A DNA stretch of 64,000 bases, from NCBI GenBank assembly GCA_964447905.1, contig CAYUUK010000005.1, positions 279-64,278 on the forward strand, read 5' to 3'. Origin of the DNA: an uncultured Pseudomonadales bacterium (lineage in GTDB: Bacteria; Patescibacteriota; Microgenomatia; UBA1400; UBA1396). Below the pieces are notes generated by a model. The model made no database searches. It worked only from the letters and a program-made list of their open reading frames with translations, and was not told the DNA's origin. The position numbers were made by a program, and so were the translations under genes. This document shows, one piece after another, positions 19,871 through 28,599 of this stretch; positions within the stretch are counted from its first letter, which is position 1; each line of letters starts with the position of its first letter.

Positions 19871-21131
19871 ACAACTTTTTGATGAGTACCAAAAATATGT
19901 GCTTGAGGTGACGCCGTTTCGCGCCCCAATTCTTGCATCGGCTCAAGGAAGTTACTATAAAGATATCGATGGAAACAGCTATCTTGATCTTATGGGAGGC
20001 CAGTTTTGTGAAGTGTTGGGTCATGGAGATGAAGAGTTAGCGGAAGTGGTGTATAAACAGAGTAAAAAGATTTTACATACCAATACATTGTGTTTGACGG
20101 AAGAGGTTCTCGAAGCATGTCGTGCACTCAGTGAAATAACAGATGAAAAGCTACAAAAGACAATTTTACTTTCCACAGGAGCTGAAGCAGTTGAATGTGC
20201 ATTACGATATGCTCGTTTTTACACCAAGAAAGATGGGATTGTTTCGATCACCAACGGGTACCACGGTTTAACATTAGCAACGCAAAGTATTTCGAGTGGC
20301 GGGGCATATGCTCATCCCCTAGTTCCTGGTTCCCACTTTATTCCAACTCCTGATTGGCACAATCGTCCTGATGATATTGATGAAGGGGAGTTTATAGATC
20401 AACACCTTAAAGCTGCCGAAGAGTATCTAGTGGCATATGAAGGCACCCTCGCCGCCTTCATTATCGAGCCAGTGGTATCAGTTGGAGGAATGATTTATTT
20501 ACCCAAAGAGTACTTTATCGGACTAGCGGAGATTGCCAAAAAGCATGACGCTCTGCTAATCTATGACGAGTGTCAAACTGGACTGGGTCGACTTGGCACC
20601 TGGTTTGGGTATGAGCGAACTGGCATAGTACCAGATATTTTAATTTTAGCGAAAGCAGCAGGACTCGGTTTTCCAGTTTCAGCAGTTATGTTTTCTCAAG
20701 AAATTGCGGAGGCTGTAGAAGGAAAGTTCATTCACTTTAGCTCGCACCAAAATGATCCTTTTTCTGCTCGAATGGTACTTCACTTAGTCAATACGATAAA
20801 AAAAGAAAATATGCTTTCAACAATTCGGGAAAGCGGTGAGTACTTTGTAAGTCGCCTGCAAGAGCTTTCTAAAAAAAGTGCTTTGCTGTTGCGGCCGCGT
20901 GGAGAAGGACTCATGATTTCTTTCGATTTACCAGAAGAGCACTTTACTGAGACGATAAATCCCGGAATGCGGCTCATTGATTTGCTTGAACAGCACGGGG
21001 TAATGGTGCAGGCAATCCACAGAGGTAAGACGTTCCGTATAATTCCAAGTTATCGCATTTCTCGAGACGAAATTGATTTTTGTATTAAGACACTCGATAC
21101 CTGTTTACAAATTTTAGAAAAGGAACTATGA
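19851..21131 (+). CDS. class III PLP-dependent aminotransferase
   Basis: IYDECQTGLGRLG (D-E-x-Q-T-G) and ILAKAAGLG (PLP lysine region). Start chosen 5 nt after AAGGA. Confidence 0.8.
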   Translation: MNMNKSKQLFDEYQKYVLEVTPFRAPILASAQGSYYKDIDGNSYLDLMGGQFCEVLGHGDEELAEVVYKQSKKILHTNTLCLTEEVLEACRALSEITDEKLQKTILLSTGAEAVECALRYARFYTKKDGIVSITNGYHGLTLATQSISSGGAYAHPLVPGSHFIPTPDWHNRPDDIDEGEFIDQHLKAAEEYLVAYEGTLAAFIIEPVVSVGGMIYLPKEYFIGLAEIAKKHDALLIYDECQTGLGRLGTWFGYERTGIVPDILILAKAAGLGFPVSAVMFSQEIAEAVEGKFIHFSSHQNDPFSARMVLHLVNTIKKENMLSTIRESGEYFVSRLQELSKKSALLLRPRGEGLMISFDLPEEHFTETINPGMRLIDLLEQHGVMVQAIHRGKTFRIIPSYRISRDEIDFCIKTLDTCLQILEKEL

Positions 21132-22228
21132 AAGTACCTTTCGTTGATCTCTCCCAACAATATAAAGAGGTGAAAGTTGAACTGCAGAAGGATTTCGATC
21201 GGGTTTTTGCAGCACAGAACTTCATTTTAGGAAATGAAGTTGAGCAGTTTGAAAAAGAATTTGCCGCGTATATTGGGAGTAAGTACTGTGTAGGTGTTGG
21301 AAGTGGAACAGATGCACTTATCCTCGCCTTAAAGGCAATGGGTGTCGGTGAGAATGATGAGGTGATTTTGCCCACACACACTTTTGTAGCTACTGCTTTG
21401 GCGGTGATCGAAACAGGAGGAACCCCAGTTTTTGTGGATGTGGATGAGGCTACTCTGCAAATGGACGTGGATGCTGTCGCTGCTGCTATAAACACTAAGA
21501 CAAAGGTTATTCTGCCAGTTCACTTATATGGATCCATGGTTCCAATGGACAGACTTGTGCAGTTAGCTCAGAAGCACGATATTCAGATTTTAGAAGACGC
21601 TTGTCAGGCACATGGTGCGACGTATTCTGGGCAAAAAGCCGGGACATTTGGTAGTATGGCTGCCTTTAGCTTTTATCCTGGGAAAAATCTGGGCGCTTAT
21701 GGCGATGCTGGGGCAATTGTTACTAATGATCCTGAACTCTATGAACAGGCCAAACTCCTGCATAACTATGGGCAAAGAAAAAAGTACCATCATGAAATGC
21801 TCGGAAAAAATTCTCGTCTCGATGAGCTTCAGGCTGCATTTTTGCGGACAAAACTCCTGCATCTGGATAGCTGGAATCAGCAAAGAAAGCAAATTGCCCA
21901 AAAGTATAACGCTTCTTTAGGGCAGTATCGCTTGGAAGTTCCTGATGAAATAGAGAGTGTATATCACCTATACGTGATCCAGCATCCTCATCGTGATGAG
22001 TTGCAGGCATATTTAGAAAACCATGGGGTGAATACGCTTATTCACTATCCCATACCATTGCACATGCAGCAGTGTTTTAAGTACATGAATCATGCTCCGG
22101 AAGAGTATCCGATTGCCGAAAAGTACACAGCACGGATTCTTAGTTTACCAATTTATCCTGGCATGACTGATGAGCAGGTAGACTATGTCATTGAGCAAAT
22201 TCTGACGTTTGAGAACGAGAAGAAATGA
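21128..22228 (+). CDS. DegT/DnrJ/EryC1/StrS-family sugar aminotransferase
   Basis: Typical N-terminus VPFVDL...ILG.EV..FE..FA.Y and the SFYPGKNLGAYGDAGAI PLP-lysine box. Confidence 0.85.
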   Translation: MKVPFVDLSQQYKEVKVELQKDFDRVFAAQNFILGNEVEQFEKEFAAYIGSKYCVGVGSGTDALILALKAMGVGENDEVILPTHTFVATALAVIETGGTPVFVDVDEATLQMDVDAVAAAINTKTKVILPVHLYGSMVPMDRLVQLAQKHDIQILEDACQAHGATYSGQKAGTFGSMAAFSFYPGKNLGAYGDAGAIVTNDPELYEQAKLLHNYGQRKKYHHEMLGKNSRLDELQAAFLRTKLLHLDSWNQQRKQIAQKYNASLGQYRLEVPDEIESVYHLYVIQHPHRDELQAYLENHGVNTLIHYPIPLHMQQCFKYMNHAPEEYPIAEKYTARILSLPIYPGMTDEQVDYVIEQILTFENEKK

Positions 22229-23196
22229 GATCCCCAACGGTTTCTATCACGCTAGCAACATATAACAGAACGGAATTTCTGCAAGGGACTCTCGATTCTT
22301 TAGTCGCGCAAACGTATCAAGATTTTGAGATTATCTTGGTGGATGATGGCTCAACAGACAATACCCCACAGCATATTGAACAATTACTAAAAAATAAGAA
22401 GTATGCAAAGGTTCGATTTTTTCCACTACCAGAGAATAGAGGAATAGCGTTTGCTATATCCTACGCAATGCAGCACTCAAAAGGTAAGTATATCTCCCAT
22501 ATTGGCTCGGATGATCTATGGCAGAAAACGGCTCTTGAAAAAATGGTGCAGGTGCTCGATACCAATTCAGAAGTTGGTGTTGTGTACACAGATGCCTCTC
22601 GGATTGATAGAGATGGCAAGATACTTTCTGAATCTCGTTTTGCTGAGAACCCAATAGGACCTCAAAAAGGCTGGGTTTTTAAAGACTTGCTTCTAAAGGG
22701 AATGTTTGTGTCCGCTATCTCAGTTACGTTTCGGCGATCTTTGTATGATATTGTTGGCGATTTTGATACTAACTATAGCATTAGTAATGATTACGATTTC
22801 TTTATGCGCTGTTCCGCTCATGCACAATTTGACTATATTAATGAGGTCTTAGCTTGTTGGAGAATGCATGACAAAAATCTTCATAAGAAAGACAAAACAC
22901 AAGCTTACATAGAGAGAATAGCGGTTATTCAAAAGAATTACATGGCATGTGGCAAGGAATTCCATATCTCCGAATTGAGATATCGAACTATAATTTCTAG
23001 TATTTATCTTCAAACTGGAATTTTCAAAGCACAAGCGGGCGACTTTGCGGAAAGCCGACCGTATTTCATTAAAAGTTTGATGTTTATGCCAGTAAATATT
23101 TTAGCGTTTGTGTTGTTTTTTAACACATATCTGAAATTACGATGGTTATGGCATTTTGAAATATATAAAAAAGTATATTTGCGAATGTTTAAATAA
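22225..23196 (+). CDS. glycosyltransferase family 2
   Basis: SITLATYNR...ILVDDGSTDNT and the GSDD DxD region. Confidence 0.8.
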   Translation: MRSPTVSITLATYNRTEFLQGTLDSLVAQTYQDFEIILVDDGSTDNTPQHIEQLLKNKKYAKVRFFPLPENRGIAFAISYAMQHSKGKYISHIGSDDLWQKTALEKMVQVLDTNSEVGVVYTDASRIDRDGKILSESRFAENPIGPQKGWVFKDLLLKGMFVSAISVTFRRSLYDIVGDFDTNYSISNDYDFFMRCSAHAQFDYINEVLACWRMHDKNLHKKDKTQAYIERIAVIQKNYMACGKEFHISELRYRTIISSIYLQTGIFKAQAGDFAESRPYFIKSLMFMPVNILAFVLFFNTYLKLRWLWHFEIYKKVYLRMFK

Positions 23197-23198
23197 GT

Positions 23199-24140
23199 AT
23201 GAAACAGATACAATCACTTATGACCACGAAATGGTTTCGATATGGTGTTTCGATTCTTTTGACGGTTTTTCTTGTTTATTACTTTGTTGATTTTGGATTC
23301 TTTTTTGAAAATCTGTTGTCTACACGCTGGGAATACAGTATCATTCCAATTGTTTTTTACTATTTTCTTTTGGCGGCAATGGCTATGCGATGGCGTGTAG
23401 CTTTACGGCACTTATCAATCCATGTGCCATTGAGTGAACTCTTTTTGCTCTATTTGAAACACAACTGTATAAACCAAATTTCTCCAGGAAGTATCGTTGG
23501 AGATGGATATCGTGTTATTCATCTAAACAAAAAATACTCGGTGCCGAAAACTCTTTCTCTCTCGACAGTTATTATTGAGCGAATAGTAGGATTAAGTACA
23601 CGTATTCTTCTATTTGTACTCTTTTCTTTGTACCTATTTACCCAAATTGACTTTGTTTCTTTTGATTCCACTTCTCTCACAAAATATGTGTATTTGATAC
23701 CTGTTGTCGGTGTGATCTTCTTGGTTTCCCTTAAGCTATTTAAGAATAAACTCTTTTCTTTATTCAACACTGTGAAAAGTACTCTTCTAAATAGATATGT
23801 ATTAGTGGCTTCAATTGGTTTTACGCTTCTTGCTCAGGGAATACAGATTATTATGGCGTATGGAGTAGCTTTAATGGTCTCACTTCCGGTATCTCTCTAT
23901 CAGATAGGATTTGCTTTTGTGCTGGTAGAGCTCATCATGCTCATACCAGTCAGTGTGAATGGTTGGGGGACAAGGGAACTGGTTTTGATATATACCCTAG
24001 GAATATTTGGTGTGGATCCAACACTCACAACACTTTTTGCACTGATGAGCCGTGCTGTATATGTTTTCCTTACGTTACAAGGTCTTCCTTTTGTTATCCA
24101 TGAGTTTGGATTAAGAAATACTTTCAAGAAGCAACAGTAA
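23199..24140 (+). CDS. UPF0104/LPG-synthase-TM 'flippase-like' membrane protein
   Basis: 8-TM protein immediately after a GT2, the usual GT2/UPF0104 pairing. Confidence 0.55.
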   Translation: MKQIQSLMTTKWFRYGVSILLTVFLVYYFVDFGFFFENLLSTRWEYSIIPIVFYYFLLAAMAMRWRVALRHLSIHVPLSELFLLYLKHNCINQISPGSIVGDGYRVIHLNKKYSVPKTLSLSTVIIERIVGLSTRILLFVLFSLYLFTQIDFVSFDSTSLTKYVYLIPVVGVIFLVSLKLFKNKLFSLFNTVKSTLLNRYVLVASIGFTLLAQGIQIIMAYGVALMVSLPVSLYQIGFAFVLVELIMLIPVSVNGWGTRELVLIYTLGIFGVDPTLTTLFALMSRAVYVFLTLQGLPFVIHEFGLRNTFKKQQ

Positions 24141-24141
24141 T

Positions 24142-26658
24142 TTATTTTTTGGTATAACTATACACAACTATTGGTTCATTTCTTCTGCCAGAATGCACAC
24201 CGACTTCGTCTATTGGGCTGACAAAGCGTTTCGTAAATATATCCATAACATAGAGCGAAAGTGTATTGTTATGCTCACTAAAGCGTCGGCCAGCGAATAG
24301 CCACAGCGTTTGGCCAGATTTCATTTGGGTAAGTACTTGTGTAAGCTCGTCAGCGTTTCGAATGTATGGTGTGTTTGAGTAGATCGAAAGAACCTTATTA
24401 CTTCCAGATGGAATATATCCCATTTCGGAGCTCAAAGTTCCATTCATGATGTAGTCGTATTGACCATAGTGCCAGGGGTTGTAGATATCTGTAACTACAT
24501 ATATATCATTTGGCCGCTTGTGGTTACTGATGAAGGATAGTGCTTCCAGTGATCGTGGACTTCTGATAACAGCTGTAATTCCGTGAAACACGTGTGGGTT
24601 TTCAAGTAGCTTTGTGTAGAGCTTTGCCTGAGAGATCGTGCTGCTAGAGTAGAGTTCAATGTCACCAACACGGTTTCTTTCAAAGTAGTAGTGACTGGCA
24701 TAGTCTTTTACGGTACGTGAGGAAAGGATACCAATCAAGAGTGTACCGATAAAAACGAATGGCAACAGTTTTTTTGAAATTGATAGTTTTTGCACAAGAG
24801 AAAAAAGGATCCAGATGGCAAAAATACCAAAAGCAATATATGTGCCGAGCAAATACTTAACGGCAAAGCGATTAAACAGTAAGAATCCAAAAAGGAAGTT
24901 AAGGAGAGAAAAAATACCGATTAGAGTTATTTTTTCTGGTATCTTGATGTCTAGAGTGCGCCGTTTTAGAAGAAAATAGAGCGTAAGCACCACAATGAAT
25001 ATCAAAATTCCAAGATGACTGTAGAGTATGGTCGAACTGTAGTAGTGGAATGTGGGTAAAAAAGAATCTAAAACCCCAACTGTATTCGAAGACTGGACTG
25101 CATAGGTTCCTTTTAGGAAATGCAGACGGTAAAAATTGAGAATTTTAAAATTAAAGAGGTATCCCGCTGTAAAGCTAGCAAGGAGTGACAGCAATGAGAC
25201 ATTTCTCAACCATTTCCATCGATCTCTAAGCACCAAAAACACTAGGAAAGCCGGTATTACTGCATAGCTGAACAAAAGACTTGAACCAGCTACAAAGACA
25301 ATACCAATATATGTGGCAAGTTTGCTCTTTGATATTTTTTGAATGGAAGTTTGGTGGAAGATAGCAAGTGAGAGAAAGAGCAGTAAATATCCAATCATGT
25401 AGTGGCGAGCTTGAGTAGACCAAGCAATAAGATAGGGATATGTAGCAGCATATATCCCAACACCACATGCGAATACTTTGTTTGTATTTTTATAGAACTG
25501 AGTTAAGAAGTACACAAAGGCAACACCTGTAAGTAACGAGACAAGTCGCATAGAAAAGTGATTCGTGCCCAGAAGCAATCCACTGAGAGCTGTTAGGTAA
25601 CTGAAGAGATAACCTCGCATATATAGTTGGCCTGATTCGAAGAGAGGAAAACCATTTTTGAGAATGGCATCAGTGATGAGAGGGTAGAGCCCTTCGTCGC
25701 CACTAAATGGTAACAGCGAAATGTTGAGGAGTCTCAGTATTGCTGCAAATAGGGTGGTGTAGAGTGAAAGTACAATAAATCGATGTTCTCGAGTTTGTGA
25801 ACCACTCTTTTCTGCGGAGAAGAAGTTAAGACGTATTCTTTTTTGTAATCGGATGGCTAAGAGTGTTGCGGAGCTCAAAAATGGTCCAAAGGAAATAAAG
25901 ATGACAGCGATATATTGTTCAAGTTTGTTAAAAATATACTCAGATTCATATACAGCTTTTTTGTACAGAAAATTAAGGAATTCTGTAGGGTCATTTCTAA
26001 AATCTGCGATCGAGAAGATGTGTCGATAGTAAACTGCTTCTAGCAAAAGTTCGCCAGAATTCGGAAGTATTTGGTAGGTATAGGTTTTCTGCTTGGATTT
26101 AAGTTTTGGAAAACCGAGAATCATTGTTTTTTCTTGAGTCGGGGTAAACTCAGTCTCGAAAAGCCATTCTGTTGAGTCTTTTTCTTTCAGTCGAAAAATA
26201 AAGTTGCTCTGCATCGGTGTTTTGAGTGTAACGAGCAGAGTGCCAAAATTATTTACAGTGGATTCGTAATAACCTTCATATGCATGCGTATTTGTTTTCT
26301 CCTCTTCTGTGAGAGCTTTATAAACAGTAATGTTTTTGGGAGGATGGGTTTCAAAATGATGTTGTGAAACTGAAAAAGAACCTGATAGAAACGTGAAAAT
26401 AGCAATGCTGGCGAGTAGTAGCGGTGAAAAAAGAAAAGAGATACCCAACTCAGTTACTGAATGAATGATTGCCCTAAATTGAATTTTCTTCCAATTGAAG
26501 GCAATAAGGCTAACGGTACTAATGATTGGTGCGAGAATAAAAAAATTTGGGAGTTTGAAGTATGGATGCGGACTAAAAAACTGGAGACAAAAGAGTAAAC
26601 CTGTCAGAGCAGAAAAAAGTAGAAATACTCGTGCTAACGAGGCAAAAGATAATTTCAT
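24142..26658 (-). CDS. GT-C glycosyltransferase (ArnT/PMT GT39/GT83-like) with extra N- and C-terminal domains
   Basis: Core PFSGDEGLYPLITDAIL...PLFESGQLYMRGYLFSYL matches the DE-x-Y loop-1 motif of the ArnT/PMT family. More than 12 TM; 838 aa. Confidence 0.65.
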   Translation of the reverse strand: MKLSFASLARVFLLFSALTGLLFCLQFFSPHPYFKLPNFFILAPIISTVSLIAFNWKKIQFRAIIHSVTELGISFLFSPLLLASIAIFTFLSGSFSVSQHHFETHPPKNITVYKALTEEEKTNTHAYEGYYESTVNNFGTLLVTLKTPMQSNFIFRLKEKDSTEWLFETEFTPTQEKTMILGFPKLKSKQKTYTYQILPNSGELLLEAVYYRHIFSIADFRNDPTEFLNFLYKKAVYESEYIFNKLEQYIAVIFISFGPFLSSATLLAIRLQKRIRLNFFSAEKSGSQTREHRFIVLSLYTTLFAAILRLLNISLLPFSGDEGLYPLITDAILKNGFPLFESGQLYMRGYLFSYLTALSGLLLGTNHFSMRLVSLLTGVAFVYFLTQFYKNTNKVFACGVGIYAATYPYLIAWSTQARHYMIGYLLLFLSLAIFHQTSIQKISKSKLATYIGIVFVAGSSLLFSYAVIPAFLVFLVLRDRWKWLRNVSLLSLLASFTAGYLFNFKILNFYRLHFLKGTYAVQSSNTVGVLDSFLPTFHYYSSTILYSHLGILIFIVVLTLYFLLKRRTLDIKIPEKITLIGIFSLLNFLFGFLLFNRFAVKYLLGTYIAFGIFAIWILFSLVQKLSISKKLLPFVFIGTLLIGILSSRTVKDYASHYYFERNRVGDIELYSSSTISQAKLYTKLLENPHVFHGITAVIRSPRSLEALSFISNHKRPNDIYVVTDIYNPWHYGQYDYIMNGTLSSEMGYIPSGSNKVLSIYSNTPYIRNADELTQVLTQMKSGQTLWLFAGRRFSEHNNTLSLYVMDIFTKRFVSPIDEVGVHSGRRNEPIVVYSYTKK

Positions 26659-27251
26659 AAAGTGCTTGGATCCTGAATAGTAAAGTATTTATATTTATCA
26701 CAGATATTATTTGTATTGCAGAGGCGTAAAATTGCGTTGTCTATAGGTTCTGTTACAGGTTGTTTTATAACAACTTTTTCATTTTCCCATCGGACAATGA
26801 TGAAGTTTGTATTTCCGACCGTGACTGTACCTGCTTGCCAGGGATCACCAAAATTTTGACCATTCAGAGACACATAATCACCTTGAATTGAAGAAGTACT
26901 ACTGAGAGAGTGTATCCTTAGTGCTGTGAATGAATTTGTGCCCGTGATAAAGAACAGAATTGCTATTGGAAGAAAAGAAAGAAAAACCAATACGTAAATA
27001 AGCGGGTTTCTTTTTTGAGCAATAAATTCACCTACCCAAAAAGCAACAATTGAAGAAATTAAGAGGCATATCGCTTGAAATATTAAAAAAAATGACTCGA
27101 AAGGGACTCGAGTTTGAAAGGAGAGTAATGAGCCGCTACTCAAGAGTATTACAAAAATTAGTAGAGCAAAGAAGAGTTTCCAAACAAAGAGATTCGCTGA
27201 TATAGGGATTGCTCGTATTAACTTTTTGGCCTGAGTCGTAATAGCATGCAT
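26655..27251 (-). CDS. membrane protein (3–4 TM plus a soluble C-terminal domain), unknown function
   Basis: ORF with TGA/ATG overlap to the downstream GT-C. Hydrophobic N-terminal half. Confidence 0.4.
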   Translation of the reverse strand: MHAITTQAKKLIRAIPISANLFVWKLFFALLIFVILLSSGSLLSFQTRVPFESFFLIFQAICLLISSIVAFWVGEFIAQKRNPLIYVLVFLSFLPIAILFFITGTNSFTALRIHSLSSTSSIQGDYVSLNGQNFGDPWQAGTVTVGNTNFIIVRWENEKVVIKQPVTEPIDNAILRLCNTNNICDKYKYFTIQDPSTL

Positions 27252-27258
27252 ATCAATA

Positions 27259-28170
27259 TTACTTTAAAAAGTAGTTTTGGTTAGATTTCTGCTGTATCAT
27301 CAAATCCATAATCAACCCACTCACAAACATCTGAAACCCAAACAATATCAAGAAGATAGCCATCAGGGGCCAGATGCGATCGCTCAAACTGTAGCCCCAA
27401 ACCAAGCGGGCGAAAAAGAGCCATGCCAAGAGAGCTACTCCGCTGCTGCCTAACAAAATCCCCACCCCGCCCAAAAAATGCAACGGCCTCGCCGAGTACT
27501 TCTGGAAGAACCACAAACTCAGCATGTCCAAGAAGCCCTTGAGCGTGCGCTTAAAGTTGTACTTCGTAGTGCCGTGGATGCGTGCGCGGTGGTTGGTGAC
27601 CATCTCGCCAATCTGGAAGCCGCGCCACTTCAAGATGGCCGGAATAAAGCGGTGCATCTCGCCGCGGAGATTCACGCCTTCGAAGCACTCTTGTCGATAG
27701 ACGCGCAGCGTACAGCCGGAGTCATGCACTCCATCGCTCACCAAAAACGAGCGCAGCCAGCGGGCGCCCTGGGAAATAAAGCGTTTACTAAAGGTATCCT
27801 TGCGGCGTTTGCGCCAGCCGCAGACTACATCGAGGTCTTCTTTGAGCAGTTTCTCCAGCATTTTTGGTACGTCGGCGGGGTCGTTTTGCAGGTCGCCGTC
27901 GAGCGTGACTAAGAACTCGCCTTGGGCGGCTTTGATACCGGCGTCCATCGAGGCGGTTTGGCCGAAGTTGCGGCGCATGCGCAGGATGGTGATGGGATCG
28001 AGTTTTAGCAGTTCGGCGTAGGTGTTGTCGGTGGAGCCGTCGTCTATAAAGATGATCTCAAATGGTTTTTTTATCTTTTTGGCCGCCGCCACTATTTCGC
28101 CATGCAGCGTGGCCACGTTTTCCTCTTCGTTCATGACAGGCACGATAAATGAAATGTACGGCGTAGACAT
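27259..28170 (-). CDS. polyprenyl-phosphate sugar synthase (GtrB/ArnC/DPM1-like GT2)
   Basis: ISFIVPVMNEEEN...IFIDDGSTDNT...TLDGDLQNDP...RGFLDM plus two C-terminal TM segments. Start set at MSTPY (28170). The track ORF's extra N-terminus looks non-coding. Confidence 0.8.
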   Translation of the reverse strand: MSTPYISFIVPVMNEEENVATLHGEIVAAAKKIKKPFEIIFIDDGSTDNTYAELLKLDPITILRMRRNFGQTASMDAGIKAAQGEFLVTLDGDLQNDPADVPKMLEKLLKEDLDVVCGWRKRRKDTFSKRFISQGARWLRSFLVSDGVHDSGCTLRVYRQECFEGVNLRGEMHRFIPAILKWRGFQIGEMVTNHRARIHGTTKYNFKRTLKGFLDMLSLWFFQKYSARPLHFLGGVGILLGSSGVALLAWLFFARLVWGYSLSDRIWPLMAIFLILFGFQMFVSGLIMDLMIQQKSNQNYFLK

Positions 28171-28406
28171 GCTATTTACTATACCAGGTTGTGCGTTTTG
28201 TGTGAAGGTTGGGTGGTATAACAGAACGTATGCGGTTTCAATTCCGAAAAATAATACGTATAGGAGCACAAAGATGGATCGGAATTGTCCAACGGCGTGA
28301 TTACACACATACAGCTATTACACTTTTACAAGTAACGTTTGGTGTGGCCTGGGCAAGTTTGCTGAATATTCAACACATCCAGGCTCCAGCAGCTCTGGGA
28401 AATTTG

Positions 28407-28436
28407 TTGATATGTTTACTCTTGTGGTACTATATT
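28407..28436 (+). promoter_or_regulatory. sigma70-like promoter TTGATA-18-TATATT
   Basis: The hexamers seen directly, with 18-nt spacing, about 20 nt upstream of an AAGGAG-ATG micro-ORF. Confidence 0.4.
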
Positions 28437-28455
28437 TTCTTAAAGAAGGAGCAAA

Positions 28456-28599
28456 ATGGTTGAATTCATTCAGAGGATTCTTGAGGGAATTGCATACTAT
28501 TCACCATTTATTATCATGTTCGTTATCACAAGCATGATTGTTGGACCGCTCTTATTGGCGCAATTCTTTGGATTTCTCTCAAAAATTATAAAAAACTAG
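28456..28599 (+). CDS. 47-aa single-TM micro-protein (MVEFIQRILEGIAYYSPFIIMFVITSMIVGPLLLAQFFGFLSKIIKN)
   Basis: ATG 5 nt after an AAGGAG Shine-Dalgarno, preceded by a canonical promoter. Absent from the track because it is under 60 aa. Confidence 0.45.
   Translation: MVEFIQRILEGIAYYSPFIIMFVITSMIVGPLLLAQFFGFLSKIIKN

Noticed and set aside
28209-28463. 84-aa plus-strand ORF upstream of the micro-protein
   Set aside because: It lies antisense across the N-terminal extension of the GtrB-like ORF and the promoter region, and has no Shine-Dalgarno. The well-signalled 47-aa ORF starting at 28456 explains the locus better.
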